Shown here one piece after another: positions 49,771 through 59,810 of a DNA stretch of 64,000 nucleotides; positions within the stretch are counted from its first letter, which is position 1; every line of letters starts with the position of its first letter. Below the pieces are notes generated by a model. It had not been told where the DNA came from. It searched no databases and saw only the letters and a program-made list of their open reading frames with translations. Made by a program: the position numbers and the translations under genes. The stretch is from positions 1,024,001-1,088,000 of the forward strand of contig JBLWTJ010000001.1 in assembly GCA_048270185.1 (NCBI GenBank), read 5' to 3'. This stretch comes from Bacteriovoracaceae bacterium. GTDB taxonomy: Bacteria; Bdellovibrionota; Bacteriovoracia; Bacteriovoracales; Bacteriovoracaceae.

Positions 49771-50263
49771 TCAAACTGTTGCCATCTTAATTGATGGTAA
49801 CAATATCGAAAGAAGTATTCACAGCATAACAAATAACCAAAATACGATGGTTAATTTTGATACGCTTATTCCAAAGCTCTTAGATAACCGAGGACTTAAT
49901 CGCCTCATCTATTTTAGAGAAGGAAAGAATATCTCTTCTAAACTTACGGAAAGACTTCACAATCATTATTATGGTTCAGTTATTCCATGTCACAAGAGTG
50001 CTGATATTCCTTTAACGATTAAGGCCACTCAACTTGCATCGAAAGTAGATACAATTATTATACTTTCAGGTGATTCAGACTATATTGAATTAGTTCGTCA
50101 CTTACGTGCAGAGGGTGTTCGTGTTGAGATTGCCTCGATTCCAGAGACAACTTCAAACCTCTTAGTTGAAGAATCTGATTACTATCATGAAATTGATGAA
50201 AGTGATTGGTTTGCACTTCCTGGGCAAGGGCGTCCTAAGAAATTTAATAAGCGTAGAAACTAA
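49754..50263 (+). CDS. NYN-domain (LabA/DUF88, PIN-fold) protein
   Basis: ILIDGNN, KSADI, ILSGDSDY..GVRVE; overlaps the lipoprotein stop. Confidence 0.9.
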   Translation: MEIFINQTVAILIDGNNIERSIHSITNNQNTMVNFDTLIPKLLDNRGLNRLIYFREGKNISSKLTERLHNHYYGSVIPCHKSADIPLTIKATQLASKVDTIIILSGDSDYIELVRHLRAEGVRVEIASIPETTSNLLVEESDYYHEIDESDWFALPGQGRPKKFNKRRN

Positions 50264-50790
50264 CGACTAAGTAAGTAGCGACTAATGCTGACTTCTGATA
50301 AGGAATGATCCATTTCTTTCAGGACTTCTTTTATCTCGTTTAAAGGTCTAACGACGACTTCGATATCTTCATCAGGGTCAAAATTTTGTTTTCCTTCTGG
50401 GACACAATTTTTGGCCAAGAAGACATGGCATTGGTTCGACATAAATGCGGGATTAACACTAACGCTACCAAGACTCTCCCACTCATCGCTGATATAGCCA
50501 GTCTCTTCCTCTAACTCGCGTTTAGCGGCGCAAAAAGGGTCCTCTCCGCGCTCGACTGCACCAGCTGCAGTCTCTAACGTTATAACATCACGGCCAAAGC
50601 GATATTGCTTTACAAGGACAATTTCATCATTTGGAGTGACGGCCACGATATTGACCCAATCCGCAAGACGGATGATATCATAAGGGCCACAAGCGATCGG
50701 CTTCGTTGGATGTTCGGCCTCAATGGTTTCATAAAGAAAGATATTTCCGCGGTAGACGTTTTTTCGATCTTTAATTATCCATTTCTCCAT
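50260..50790 (-). CDS. NUDIX hydrolase (ADP-ribose pyrophosphatase-like)
   Basis: QYR, GAVERGEDPFCAAKRELEEETGY Nudix box. Confidence 0.92.
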   Translation of the reverse strand: MEKWIIKDRKNVYRGNIFLYETIEAEHPTKPIACGPYDIIRLADWVNIVAVTPNDEIVLVKQYRFGRDVITLETAAGAVERGEDPFCAAKRELEEETGYISDEWESLGSVSVNPAFMSNQCHVFLAKNCVPEGKQNFDPDEDIEVVVRPLNEIKEVLKEMDHSLSEVSISRYLLSR

Positions 50791-51446
50791 TAAAACTCCA
50801 TTAGCATTGCTGCATCATTTTGCTTTGTGCCTTCTAGGATTTTTTCATTTGTTCGATCTCTTAACTCAAGATACTTAATAAAGTTTTCCTTACCAATTTT
50901 CTTTAAAAGTAGATCATCATATTTTTGTTGGATTTCGCGATCAAAGCGCATTTCTTCTTCAGTTGGATTATAAGTATAATTCTCACCATACTTCTTCTCT
51001 AGCTCTTTATGCATATCCTCGAAGGCAGCGATTTTGTCGTTGAAGAGGCCTTCACGCATATTCATATAGTCTTGAAACTGAGCCTGTGTTAATTGCATTT
51101 CATTAATGAAGAGGTTTTTAACATTCTCAAGCCACTCATCTTCGAGGCGATCAAACTCTTCTTCTTTTTCTTCAAGACGTCTTTCGAGTTCTTCATCAGA
51201 AGTGATTTCTAAACGAATCTCTTCCTCATCATCAACTTCTCTTTGTGAAGCCTTACTCTCCTCCTCGGCCTGAGAATCTTGCTCTTTCTTTTGGTCATTT
51301 ACTTTTACAGCAGGATTGTCTTCAAACTCAACAACTTGAACTTGATCTTTTGAAGCCTCTTCAATAACGCTATTTTCTGATGGCCAAAATATAAAAGCTG
51401 CAATACCAAGGATGATTACAGATAAACTAATTAAAATTTTCTTCAT
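50790..51446 (-). CDS. Membrane-anchored acidic helical hypothetical protein
   Basis: MKKILISL N-terminal TM, Glu-rich coiled region. Confidence 0.7.
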   Translation of the reverse strand: MKKILISLSVIILGIAAFIFWPSENSVIEEASKDQVQVVEFEDNPAVKVNDQKKEQDSQAEEESKASQREVDDEEEIRLEITSDEELERRLEEKEEEFDRLEDEWLENVKNLFINEMQLTQAQFQDYMNMREGLFNDKIAAFEDMHKELEKKYGENYTYNPTEEEMRFDREIQQKYDDLLLKKIGKENFIKYLELRDRTNEKILEGTKQNDAAMLMEF

Positions 51447-51454
51447 AAAAGTAC

Positions 51455-52174
51455 TCAAGGTTTAATATTTTCAAATATTATATTAGCACCTAAACGCTTG
51501 GCCGTCCTCATTTGTTGTTCAGTTTTTACAGTCCAAAAAACGAGGTGGTTAAATGTGAATTTCTTAATGATTCCAAGTTGTATTTTAGAATAAGTATCAA
51601 TATCAAGCCCCACATAATCAGGACGTATGACAGGAAGGAAAGTCATATTGGCCAAAGCCTGTTGTTTAAGAAGACTAAGCTTGGTATCACTAAAGTCTCT
51701 TGTCACAAGAAGTCCTAAGATAACCGCTGGATAGTGCTTGCGAAACCATTTGAGACAGAGTGGATTAAATGATTGAATGGTATACTCGCCCTCATAGCCT
51801 TGTAGCTCACGCATTGTCGCAGCTTCCAACTCTCCATTGTGCTCAATAACTTTAATTTCTATAATGAGTGGTACTTGTCCCTGAACAAGATCGAGAACTT
51901 CTCTAAGAGTTGGGATTTTCTCCTTCGTACCTAGAAGTTTTAACTCTTTTAAGCTCGATAAAGTATATTGGCCAACCTCTCCATTACTTCCTGTCATGCG
52001 AGTCAATGTCTCATCATGGAAGACGATGACCTCACCATCAATAGAAAGATGAACATCAAGTTCGATGGCGTAGCCATGCTTAATGGCCGCCTTAAAAGCG
52101 GCCGTGGAATTCTCAGGCTTCTTACTATCGTGAAGGCCGCGGTGGGCAATGTAAGTATCGAGATAAAATGTCAT
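51455..52174 (-). CDS. Glycerophosphodiester phosphodiesterase
   Basis: AHRG, PENS, IELDV, VFHD, IEIK, QSF, WTV. Confidence 0.93.
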   Translation of the reverse strand: MTFYLDTYIAHRGLHDSKKPENSTAAFKAAIKHGYAIELDVHLSIDGEVIVFHDETLTRMTGSNGEVGQYTLSSLKELKLLGTKEKIPTLREVLDLVQGQVPLIIEIKVIEHNGELEAATMRELQGYEGEYTIQSFNPLCLKWFRKHYPAVILGLLVTRDFSDTKLSLLKQQALANMTFLPVIRPDYVGLDIDTYSKIQLGIIKKFTFNHLVFWTVKTEQQMRTAKRLGANIIFENIKP

Positions 52175-53845
52175 CTATAGTGTCTTTAAGAACATACGAA
52201 GATCGGCCTTATCGTCTTCACTTAATAACTCATTACCTTCTTTATCTGTAAAGATTCTAAAGTAATGTCCTGAGTTTGAAAGTCCTGCTCTTGAAGTATC
52301 AAAGTAAGCTTCTTTAATTCTTCTCTCTTCAGGAATATCCATACCAGTCGGGAAACCGTTACAATCAAAATCAAAGTCCAAGACTGGATCATCAGAAGGA
52401 ATCTGATAGAACGTCTTTACACGATGCTCTGGAGGAGTCATTAGCTCACATAAGTTAGGGATCGCATTATTATGAAGATACGGGTATCTGGCCCAGATTC
52501 CGTCAAGAGGAGGTGGAACATAACCTTCTTGAGGCTCAACGACAGTCTTCATCCATTTTGAAATTTTTAATTCATTAAGCGCTTCGGCAAAGTACTTCAT
52601 CCCTTCATAGCGAAGAGGATCTGTTCCAACATTCTTAACAGGAGTTGTTTCATGATAAATAAGTCTCTTTGTCTTAATTTGCTCTGTCTTTGACATAAGG
52701 CCAGCAAAAGGTTCAGACCAATTCTTCTCATACTCACCGTGACATTTCTGACAGCGGTTCTGATAAACCTTCTCACCTCTTTTTGCTGCATCAATATCGA
52801 TACGAGAGATATCAAAGAAATCTGAGATCGGTGGTGGCTTCATCGAGAAAGCGGCTGCCGTTAATTCTTTAATTGTCTCAGGATTATCTTGCATCCACTT
52901 TTCTAATTCTCGCAGATCAGTTCCGCGTCCAAGCTCATTCCACAGAAAATTTGTAAAGATTGGATTTCCAGAAACGATTGAACCATCAGATAACCAACGC
53001 GTCTTATACTTGAGATTCCACCATACAGCTGGCTTTGAATCTGCAACAGTCGTTTCAAGAGGATTATAGCGGGGAAATAATTGTGCCACTTTTGACTTGG
53101 TTGCGTACTCGTCTTGTTTACGACGAGAAAGAGAGAGAGCAACTTGAGGAAGAGAAGTATCAAGACCAAGAACCATAGGAGATGTTACTCCGACAGCACC
53201 AATATTAGTCTTTGTTCTCTTTAGCATTAGCCTTTCTTCTTCAGTGGCCTGAGTAACTTTTTTAAACATCTTTGTCGGAACAAATGGCAGTAGCTTCTTG
53301 GCCTTAACAAATAGTTCATTGGCCTTAACTGCCTTATTTGTGAGTCCCATCACACTCTTTCCAAAGAGAGTTGCAGAGTGGCATGTGGCACAACTGAAAG
53401 TTAACCCTTTCCCCCACTTCGTTTCGATAATACTTGCACCCATGTAATAGTCAGGCTTATGACCTTCAGGATATGGAATTCGATAGATACCAGTTGCATC
53501 TTCATCATTATATGGATTTAGTCCTAGCCATTGATAAAAAGCTTCAACACTATCAACACCAAATTGTTTTTCACCTAATTTAGTTAGAACGAAATTAATA
53601 AATTTCTCATCTTTTAATTCAAAGAAATTATTAAAGGCATTGTATGGAATAAGAAGGCCTGTGACAGAAACAGGATAAACTAAGGCATGGCCAAGCCCAG
53701 CTTGAGTCACATCATAATATTCTTCTTGAGATAACTCATAAATATTTTCGCGATTTTCGCCTTCTTCAACACGAGCGTTGCGACTCCAGTCAGGAGCAAA
53801 GGCCCAAGAAGTTGTGGCCAGTAAAAGTGGTATTAAAAATTTCAT
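52175..53845 (-). CDS. Exported di-haem c-type cytochrome (RoxA/MauG-like superfamily)
   Basis: Signal peptide, CATCH and CQKCH, VGTDP, PPPLDGIWARYPYLHN, NSGH, FLKTL. Confidence 0.8.
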   Translation of the reverse strand: MKFLIPLLLATTSWAFAPDWSRNARVEEGENRENIYELSQEEYYDVTQAGLGHALVYPVSVTGLLIPYNAFNNFFELKDEKFINFVLTKLGEKQFGVDSVEAFYQWLGLNPYNDEDATGIYRIPYPEGHKPDYYMGASIIETKWGKGLTFSCATCHSATLFGKSVMGLTNKAVKANELFVKAKKLLPFVPTKMFKKVTQATEEERLMLKRTKTNIGAVGVTSPMVLGLDTSLPQVALSLSRRKQDEYATKSKVAQLFPRYNPLETTVADSKPAVWWNLKYKTRWLSDGSIVSGNPIFTNFLWNELGRGTDLRELEKWMQDNPETIKELTAAAFSMKPPPISDFFDISRIDIDAAKRGEKVYQNRCQKCHGEYEKNWSEPFAGLMSKTEQIKTKRLIYHETTPVKNVGTDPLRYEGMKYFAEALNELKISKWMKTVVEPQEGYVPPPLDGIWARYPYLHNNAIPNLCELMTPPEHRVKTFYQIPSDDPVLDFDFDCNGFPTGMDIPEERRIKEAYFDTSRAGLSNSGHYFRIFTDKEGNELLSEDDKADLRMFLKTL

Positions 53846-53853
53846 TCTCTCCC

Positions 53854-55284
53854 CTAAAATAAAATTAACTTTTTGCGAGTATAGGTCTCCATAGCATAGC
53901 CAATTCCCTCACGGCCTAAACCAGAGTCCTTTTCTCCTCCGTAAGGCATTGCATCCATACGAAACCCAGGGACATTATTAAAAATTAATCCCCCTACTTG
54001 AGTCTTCTTACTCGCCTCTTTCATATTTACTAAGTTGTTCGTGAAAATACCAGCTTGCAGTCCGTAATTTGAATCATTTACCAACTCAATGGCCTCGCTA
54101 AACGAGTCATAAGGCTCTAGAATTACGACAGGTCCAAAGATTTCTTCTGAAACAACTTTCATATCTAAGATAGTATTTGTTAGAACCGTTGGCGCGTAGA
54201 TATTCTTCTCTTCATCAAGGATATAACCACCACACAGGAGTTCGGCCCCATCTCTGATGGCCTCTTGTACCCAAGAGTGAATTCGGTTGAGAGCATCTGT
54301 ATTGATAAGTGGTCCATTGATGACAGTCATATCTTGCGGATTACCTGAGACAACTTCCTCAACTTGCTCAACAAAGTACTGTGAGAATTCTTCAAAGATA
54401 TCCTTGGCGACATAAATTCTTTGAGTAGAAATACAGATTTGACCAGAGTAAAGATAAGCACCCTTAATGATCTGATCGGCCACTTCTTCAATATCTTCCA
54501 CATCATTAACAATCACAGCAGCGTTTCCACCAAGCTCTAAAATTGACTCCTTTTTACGAGAGAGGGCCTTAAGCTTCCAACCAACTTGGGCACTTCCAGT
54601 AAAAGAGAAAATACTGATGCGATCATCTTCAACAAATTGCTGGGCCAGATCGTTATCGCAAGTAACAATATTTAAAATTCCTTTTGGAAAGCCAACCATT
54701 GATAGCAGGCGTGCAAAAGCAAGAAGAGTAATTGGAGTTGCTGGAGACGGTTTAATAATCACACTACAGCCAACAGCAAGGGCCGGTGCAATTTTATGTA
54801 GAGCAAGATTTAGTGGAAAATTAAATGGGGAAATACCAAAGACAATTCCAGCTGGCTCATGCATTACCATGGCCATTTTGTCTTTGCCGATTCCATAAGA
54901 GAGATCCGGTGTTTCTCTTTTTTGATGACGGGCCATTTCTGCACTAAGTTTAATTGTTTCAATACAGCGCTCGACTTCTGCTCTAGCATAACTAATTGGC
55001 TTACCTGCTTCTCGACAAATCAGCTCAGCAAAGAACTTCTTTTCTTCTTCAAGACTTGCGGCCAAGTCAAATAAGAGAGAGCTTCTTCTTGCACTATCAA
55101 AACTTTTAAAATCTTCAAAAGCATTTTGTGATGATTCGATAACTTCTTCATATTGACTATCTTCTAAGTAATCAACGCTATTTAAAATTGTTTGCTCATA
55201 CTTATCAAAGACATCAAAAGATTCATTTCCGTGCAGGAATTCATTTGCGACAAATGAAGATCGGAATTGCTCGAAATTATGCAT
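53854..55284 (-). CDS. NAD(P)-dependent aldehyde dehydrogenase
   Basis: PFNFP, KPS, FTGS, LELGGN, GQICIS, EEIFGP. Confidence 0.95.
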   Translation of the reverse strand: MHNFEQFRSSFVANEFLHGNESFDVFDKYEQTILNSVDYLEDSQYEEVIESSQNAFEDFKSFDSARRSSLLFDLAASLEEEKKFFAELICREAGKPISYARAEVERCIETIKLSAEMARHQKRETPDLSYGIGKDKMAMVMHEPAGIVFGISPFNFPLNLALHKIAPALAVGCSVIIKPSPATPITLLAFARLLSMVGFPKGILNIVTCDNDLAQQFVEDDRISIFSFTGSAQVGWKLKALSRKKESILELGGNAAVIVNDVEDIEEVADQIIKGAYLYSGQICISTQRIYVAKDIFEEFSQYFVEQVEEVVSGNPQDMTVINGPLINTDALNRIHSWVQEAIRDGAELLCGGYILDEEKNIYAPTVLTNTILDMKVVSEEIFGPVVILEPYDSFSEAIELVNDSNYGLQAGIFTNNLVNMKEASKKTQVGGLIFNNVPGFRMDAMPYGGEKDSGLGREGIGYAMETYTRKKLILF

Positions 55285-55310
55285 AAAAAAACCACCTTGT
55301 TTAAGGTGGT
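55285..55310 (-). terminator. Intrinsic terminator overlapping the SD of the ALDH gene
   Basis: Minus strand ACCACCTT-aaac-AAGGTGGT-TTTTTT-ATG. Confidence 0.7.
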
Positions 55311-55350
55311 ATTTTATCTATTATGATTTTAAAGGGTCAATTAATATTAC

Positions 55351-55590
55351 TTAAAAATCAAATTCGCTCCCAGCGTGTTGATGGGACAATTCGCTATTTA
55401 GTGATGGATTATCTCGCAAGAAAAGCTCCTCTCCACCCATGAACAACTTAATTGAACATAAGTAACAAAGCTTAATCTTCACTTCACGCCCATTAAAGCT
55501 TGAGTATAAACGGGCCTTAACCATTTTACTTCGACGAGGTCCGTTGGCCAGTGACCAGTTTCTTCCCGCAGCAGAACATGCATCGCACAT
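55351..55590 (-). CDS. Small CxxC...CxxC putative zinc-binding protein
   Basis: CDAC and CYLC; GAGG SD; own promoter and terminator. Confidence 0.75.
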   Translation of the reverse strand: MCDACSAAGRNWSLANGPRRSKMVKARLYSSFNGREVKIKLCYLCSIKLFMGGEELFLRDNPSLNSELSHQHAGSEFDF

Positions 55591-55652
55591 ATCTTAATTC
55601 CTCACTAAAAAAAATATTTGATCCATATTTATTATTTAATTCTTCAAATATA

Positions 55653-55679
55653 TTATCGTCATTCTAGAAGAAAACTTAA
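55653..55679 (-). promoter_or_regulatory. Sigma-28 promoter (near-consensus)
   Basis: TTAAGTTT-N11-GACGATAA versus consensus TAAAGTTT-N11-GCCGATAA. Confidence 0.7.
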
Positions 55680-55833
55680 TAAATTTATATTTATCGTATT
55701 TTCATATAGTTACACTTTACAGAATTTCCCAGAAACGCCAATTTTAGGAGCCTTTCATTAATTTCTGGCCAGAAAAAATTCCATCGTGATACCTTTTATA
55801 AGTTATTGAAAATCAAAGAATTCGGAGAACTTA

Positions 55834-57825
55834 ATGACTTCAAAAATTAGTCCATTGAAAGTAGTAAATAAACTAGCATCGGCCCCAACGAGCGCACCAA
55901 AATACGCCCAAGTTGTGAAAAATGCCAAAGGAGAAGAAGTAACTCTTGCTGATCCACGTGCCACAAGAGCTTTAGTGGCCCTTATGAATCAACACGCTGT
56001 AATCGGAGGCGCTGCTTGTCACTGGGGTGGCCCTGCTGCATTTGCTGAAATGATGAGTGCTCTTCACGAAATTATGTTCTCAAGCGGATCTCAGTGGTAT
56101 GACAATTACAACTTTGTAAACGATGCTGGACACGCTGAAAACGGAATCTATGCCCTCCGTGCAAACTTAGGTTTTGATAATCTAAACTTTGAAGCATTAA
56201 GAGGTTTTCGTTCAATCAATTCTAAACTTACTGGTCACGGTGAAGCACACTTAAATCCAGAAGGTGTTTTTATATCTAACGGGCCACTTGGCTCAGGACT
56301 TCCACAAGCTCAAGGCCTTGCCCTTGCAGACAAGCTTATTGGAAATAATCGCACAACAATTTGTACAATCTCTGATGGTGGTTGTATGGAAGGTGAAGCA
56401 CGTGAGGCCATGGCCGCAATTTCAGGTCTTGCCCACAAAGGTAAGATGAACCCATTTGTCATGATTATCAGTGATAATAATACAAAACTAGGTGGACGTA
56501 TTACTGAAGATAGTTTCGATATGGGTGCAAGTTTTGAATCACTAAGTGCACTTGGATGGAATGTAAAAACAATTGAAGAAGGTCACAACCTAGAAGTTGT
56601 TTATAATGGTATTCAAGCAGGAATTGATAGTGCAAAAAGTGACAGTACAAAACCAGTAGCTCTTATTATCAAAACAATTAAGGGTTACGGTGTTAAATCA
56701 ACTGAAGAAGCAAAGTCTGGAGGACATGGTTATCCACTAGGTGCTTATGATGATAAGTTAATTGCTTTCCTTGAAGAGATTTACTCAGGAGATACTTGTC
56801 CAACTGAATTCATTGACTGGGCAAATGAAATCCTTTCTTCAAAACCAGAACCAAAAGAAGCAAGTGCAAATAAAGCACCAACAGATAAAGTTCAACCAGG
56901 TCTTTCAAATGCCATGATTAAAGCTTGTGAAGAGGGTCTTCCAGTATTCTCTGTTACAGCAGACCTTGCTGGCTCAACTGGAGTAGCAGCTTTTCAAAAG
57001 GCCTTCCCTTCTCACTATGTTGATGTTGGTATCGCTGAATCAAATATGGTTTCCCATGCCGTAGGTATGGCAAAACAAGGATTCATCCCTGTTGTTGATA
57101 CATTTGCACAATTTGGTGTAACAAAAGGAAACCTTCCTCTAATCATGTCTCAATTATCTCAAGGTGCTGTGATTTGTTTATTCTCACACACAGGATTCCA
57201 AGATGCAGCAGATGGTGCTTCTCACCAAGCAACAACTTACTTCTCGGCAGTGGCCGGAATTCCAAATACAAATGTTATCGCTCTTTCAACTAAGGAAGAA
57301 GCTGAAAACTATATGTACCAAGCAATTAAGAGATATGAAGAAGCAACTCTAAAAGGTGAAACACCTGAAACAACAGTCTTCTTCTTTGGACGTGAAAAAC
57401 ACCCAGTATCATACTTAGAAAACTCGACTTACCCATGGGGTAAAGCTCAAGTACTTCGTCAAGGTACAGATGGAATTATCGTTACTCACGGACCGCTTGT
57501 TCAACAGGCCCTTGAAGCAGCAACAGAGCTTCAATCGAAAGGAAAGAATGTAACTGTTATTAATAATCCATTTATTAATAAAATTGACACAGACACTTTC
57601 AAGGAACAACTTGCAAAGAATGGTGGAAAGATTGTAACAGTTGAAGATCATCAACTAACAGCAGGAGCAGGAGCAATCCTATGTCACGCCCTCAAAATGG
57701 CCGGACTAGAATTTGAAATGAAATCCCTTGGTAACGATGGTCACTTTGGACAATCTTCTTATACTGCAGATGAGCTTTACGAAAAGTTTGGCTTTGATGC
57801 AAAAGCAATTATTAATCAATTCTAA
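55834..57825 (+). CDS. Transketolase-family ThDP enzyme
   Basis: DAGH, LTGHGE, GPLGSG, SDGGCMEG..DNN, ADLAGST, VGIAESNM, DGASHQ, VEDH. Confidence 0.9.
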   Translation: MTSKISPLKVVNKLASAPTSAPKYAQVVKNAKGEEVTLADPRATRALVALMNQHAVIGGAACHWGGPAAFAEMMSALHEIMFSSGSQWYDNYNFVNDAGHAENGIYALRANLGFDNLNFEALRGFRSINSKLTGHGEAHLNPEGVFISNGPLGSGLPQAQGLALADKLIGNNRTTICTISDGGCMEGEAREAMAAISGLAHKGKMNPFVMIISDNNTKLGGRITEDSFDMGASFESLSALGWNVKTIEEGHNLEVVYNGIQAGIDSAKSDSTKPVALIIKTIKGYGVKSTEEAKSGGHGYPLGAYDDKLIAFLEEIYSGDTCPTEFIDWANEILSSKPEPKEASANKAPTDKVQPGLSNAMIKACEEGLPVFSVTADLAGSTGVAAFQKAFPSHYVDVGIAESNMVSHAVGMAKQGFIPVVDTFAQFGVTKGNLPLIMSQLSQGAVICLFSHTGFQDAADGASHQATTYFSAVAGIPNTNVIALSTKEEAENYMYQAIKRYEEATLKGETPETTVFFFGREKHPVSYLENSTYPWGKAQVLRQGTDGIIVTHGPLVQQALEAATELQSKGKNVTVINNPFINKIDTDTFKEQLAKNGGKIVTVEDHQLTAGAGAILCHALKMAGLEFEMKSLGNDGHFGQSSYTADELYEKFGFDAKAIINQF

Positions 57826-57830
57826 ATAAA

Positions 57831-57859
57831 AAAAAGCCTCTGTTTTACAGAGGCTTTTT
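57831..57859. terminator. Bidirectional intrinsic terminator
   Basis: AAAAAGCCTCTGT-ttt-ACAGAGGCTTTTT between convergent genes, overlapping the last codons of the MFS gene. Confidence 0.88.
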
Positions 57860-59728
57860 ATATTCTACAATCATTCTCTCTTCGAGATCTTTATAACAAA
57901 ATTCTTCAGGCTGAATGGCCGGTAGAACGACAATTTTAATTTTTCGACGTTTAAAAATATTCCAACGAATTCCCTTAAACACACCTTTTCCAGAGAAAGA
58001 ATAGAAGCTTCCCCATAGGCCTTTAATTACAATTGGAACTACTTGAGCATTAGTTTGCTCAACAACCTTCTTGATTCCTGGTTGATACTTACGAGGTTCA
58101 CCATCACGAGTGATCCATCCTTCAGGAAAGAAGCCAACACATCGTTCTTCACTTAGAGTGTCATTTAGTTTTGAATAGGCTTTATCAAGAAGCTCTGGAT
58201 CTTCCTTACGAGTTGCAATTGGAATCAAATGCCCTTGCATAAAGAATTGTTTTAATCCTGGAATCTTATAATAACGGTGATCGATCACCCATCGAATAGG
58301 ACGAGGAGATAAACTCATAACGACTCCCCAATCGACAAATGAAGTATGGTTTGCTGCGATGACAAGCCTTCCTTCTTTTGGAATATTGTCTTCTCCAACC
58401 ACTTCAATTTTGTAGAGAATATTTGTGATCCAATCAAAAACAAATCGCCACATTTCTTCGTGGAAGAACCAATAAGAAATACCTGCATAAATTAAATTAA
58501 CGACTCCAAGAATAAGTAGATTATCGAGTGCCGTAAATCCCGCCTTTTTAAGCATAATAATAGAAACGGCAGCAAAAACCATAAAAATTGCATTCCAAAT
58601 ATTATTGGCCGCAATCGTACGAGCAAGTTTTTCAATTGGCGAACTATGCTGCATAAAAGTTAATTGAGAGATATAGAAGTTTCCACCAAATATTGTAATT
58701 AAAAGAAGATCTGTAATTGCTCTAATGGCCAGAGGTTGAGCAAAGAATTCAGCAGGTGCCATTAAGCCTGTAATCGAAACTGGCCACTGAGTAGAGATAT
58801 AGTATAGATCAAATACGGCCAGAGACATTCCGACAGCAGCAAGTGGAACCATTCCGACTTCAATTCGCTTTCCAGAAAGTTTCGAACATATCCAAGACCC
58901 CAGTCCCATCCCTATTGTAAAAGTTGCCATAAAAATTGAAGCAACCATTTCGCTTCCGTAAAATACATTCTTAATAATCGCAGGCATAACAGAGAGAACA
59001 AATGAGCCTAAAAGCCAAAACCAAGAAACTCCCATGATAGCGCGAAATGAATTCTTATCCTTAAGGGAATTGGCCAAGAGCTGGAAAGTAGGTTTTACAA
59101 ATGTATAATCTATTTTTACATCATTATTAATATCATTAATTTTGTTTTGGAAGTGGGCCGTCACTACACCTAAGACAGCAAAAATTAAAATAGCGAAGGC
59201 TGCCGTGTCTGTTGCATCCGGTGCAGCTGCTGCAAGGCCTCCAATAATTGTACCAATTAAAATAGCAATAAAAGTTCCACCACCAATTAAGGCCGTTCCA
59301 GTCGTCAACTCTTCATCTTTTAAAATAGTTCTTAATGATGAAAACTTAACAGGAGAAAAGAATGATGACTGGGCCCCCATAAAGAAGAGCGTTAGCATTA
59401 GCAGTCCATAACTCTCTAAGATAAACCCAAGGGCCCCCACAACCATGAACGCAAGTTCCGTGAACTTTGTGACCTTAATAACCTTGGCCTTATCGTAGTG
59501 GTCAGAGATCTGTCCAGATGTTGCTGAAAAGAGCACATAGGGAAAGATAAAGGCACCACCTGCAAAGGCCACAAGAGACTCAGCTCCAAGACCAAATAGT
59601 GAAACGTTCTTATAGGTAATCAGTAGAATGAGAGCATTCTTAAATACGTTATCATTGGCCGCACCTAGGAACATTGTCCAAAATAGAGGCCAGAATTTTC
59701 TTTCTTTGTATAGCATTGCTAATGACAT
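57845..59728 (-). CDS. MFS lysophospholipid transporter fused to acyltransferase (LplT/Aas-like)
   Basis: FWPLFWT.FLGA.NDNVFK MFS N-terminus; NHTSFVD (HxxxxD) and FFPEG PlsC motifs. Confidence 0.92.
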   Translation of the reverse strand: MSLAMLYKERKFWPLFWTMFLGAANDNVFKNALILLITYKNVSLFGLGAESLVAFAGGAFIFPYVLFSATSGQISDHYDKAKVIKVTKFTELAFMVVGALGFILESYGLLMLTLFFMGAQSSFFSPVKFSSLRTILKDEELTTGTALIGGGTFIAILIGTIIGGLAAAAPDATDTAAFAILIFAVLGVVTAHFQNKINDINNDVKIDYTFVKPTFQLLANSLKDKNSFRAIMGVSWFWLLGSFVLSVMPAIIKNVFYGSEMVASIFMATFTIGMGLGSWICSKLSGKRIEVGMVPLAAVGMSLAVFDLYYISTQWPVSITGLMAPAEFFAQPLAIRAITDLLLITIFGGNFYISQLTFMQHSSPIEKLARTIAANNIWNAIFMVFAAVSIIMLKKAGFTALDNLLILGVVNLIYAGISYWFFHEEMWRFVFDWITNILYKIEVVGEDNIPKEGRLVIAANHTSFVDWGVVMSLSPRPIRWVIDHRYYKIPGLKQFFMQGHLIPIATRKEDPELLDKAYSKLNDTLSEERCVGFFPEGWITRDGEPRKYQPGIKKVVEQTNAQVVPIVIKGLWGSFYSFSGKGVFKGIRWNIFKRRKIKIVVLPAIQPEEFCYKDLEERMIVEYKKPL

Positions 59729-59810
59729 GGATTTTTCCTTAAATAATACTTAACATTATTGTACTATTATTTACTAATACGGCATGACGCATTTACCCGA
59801 AAGGAAGAAC

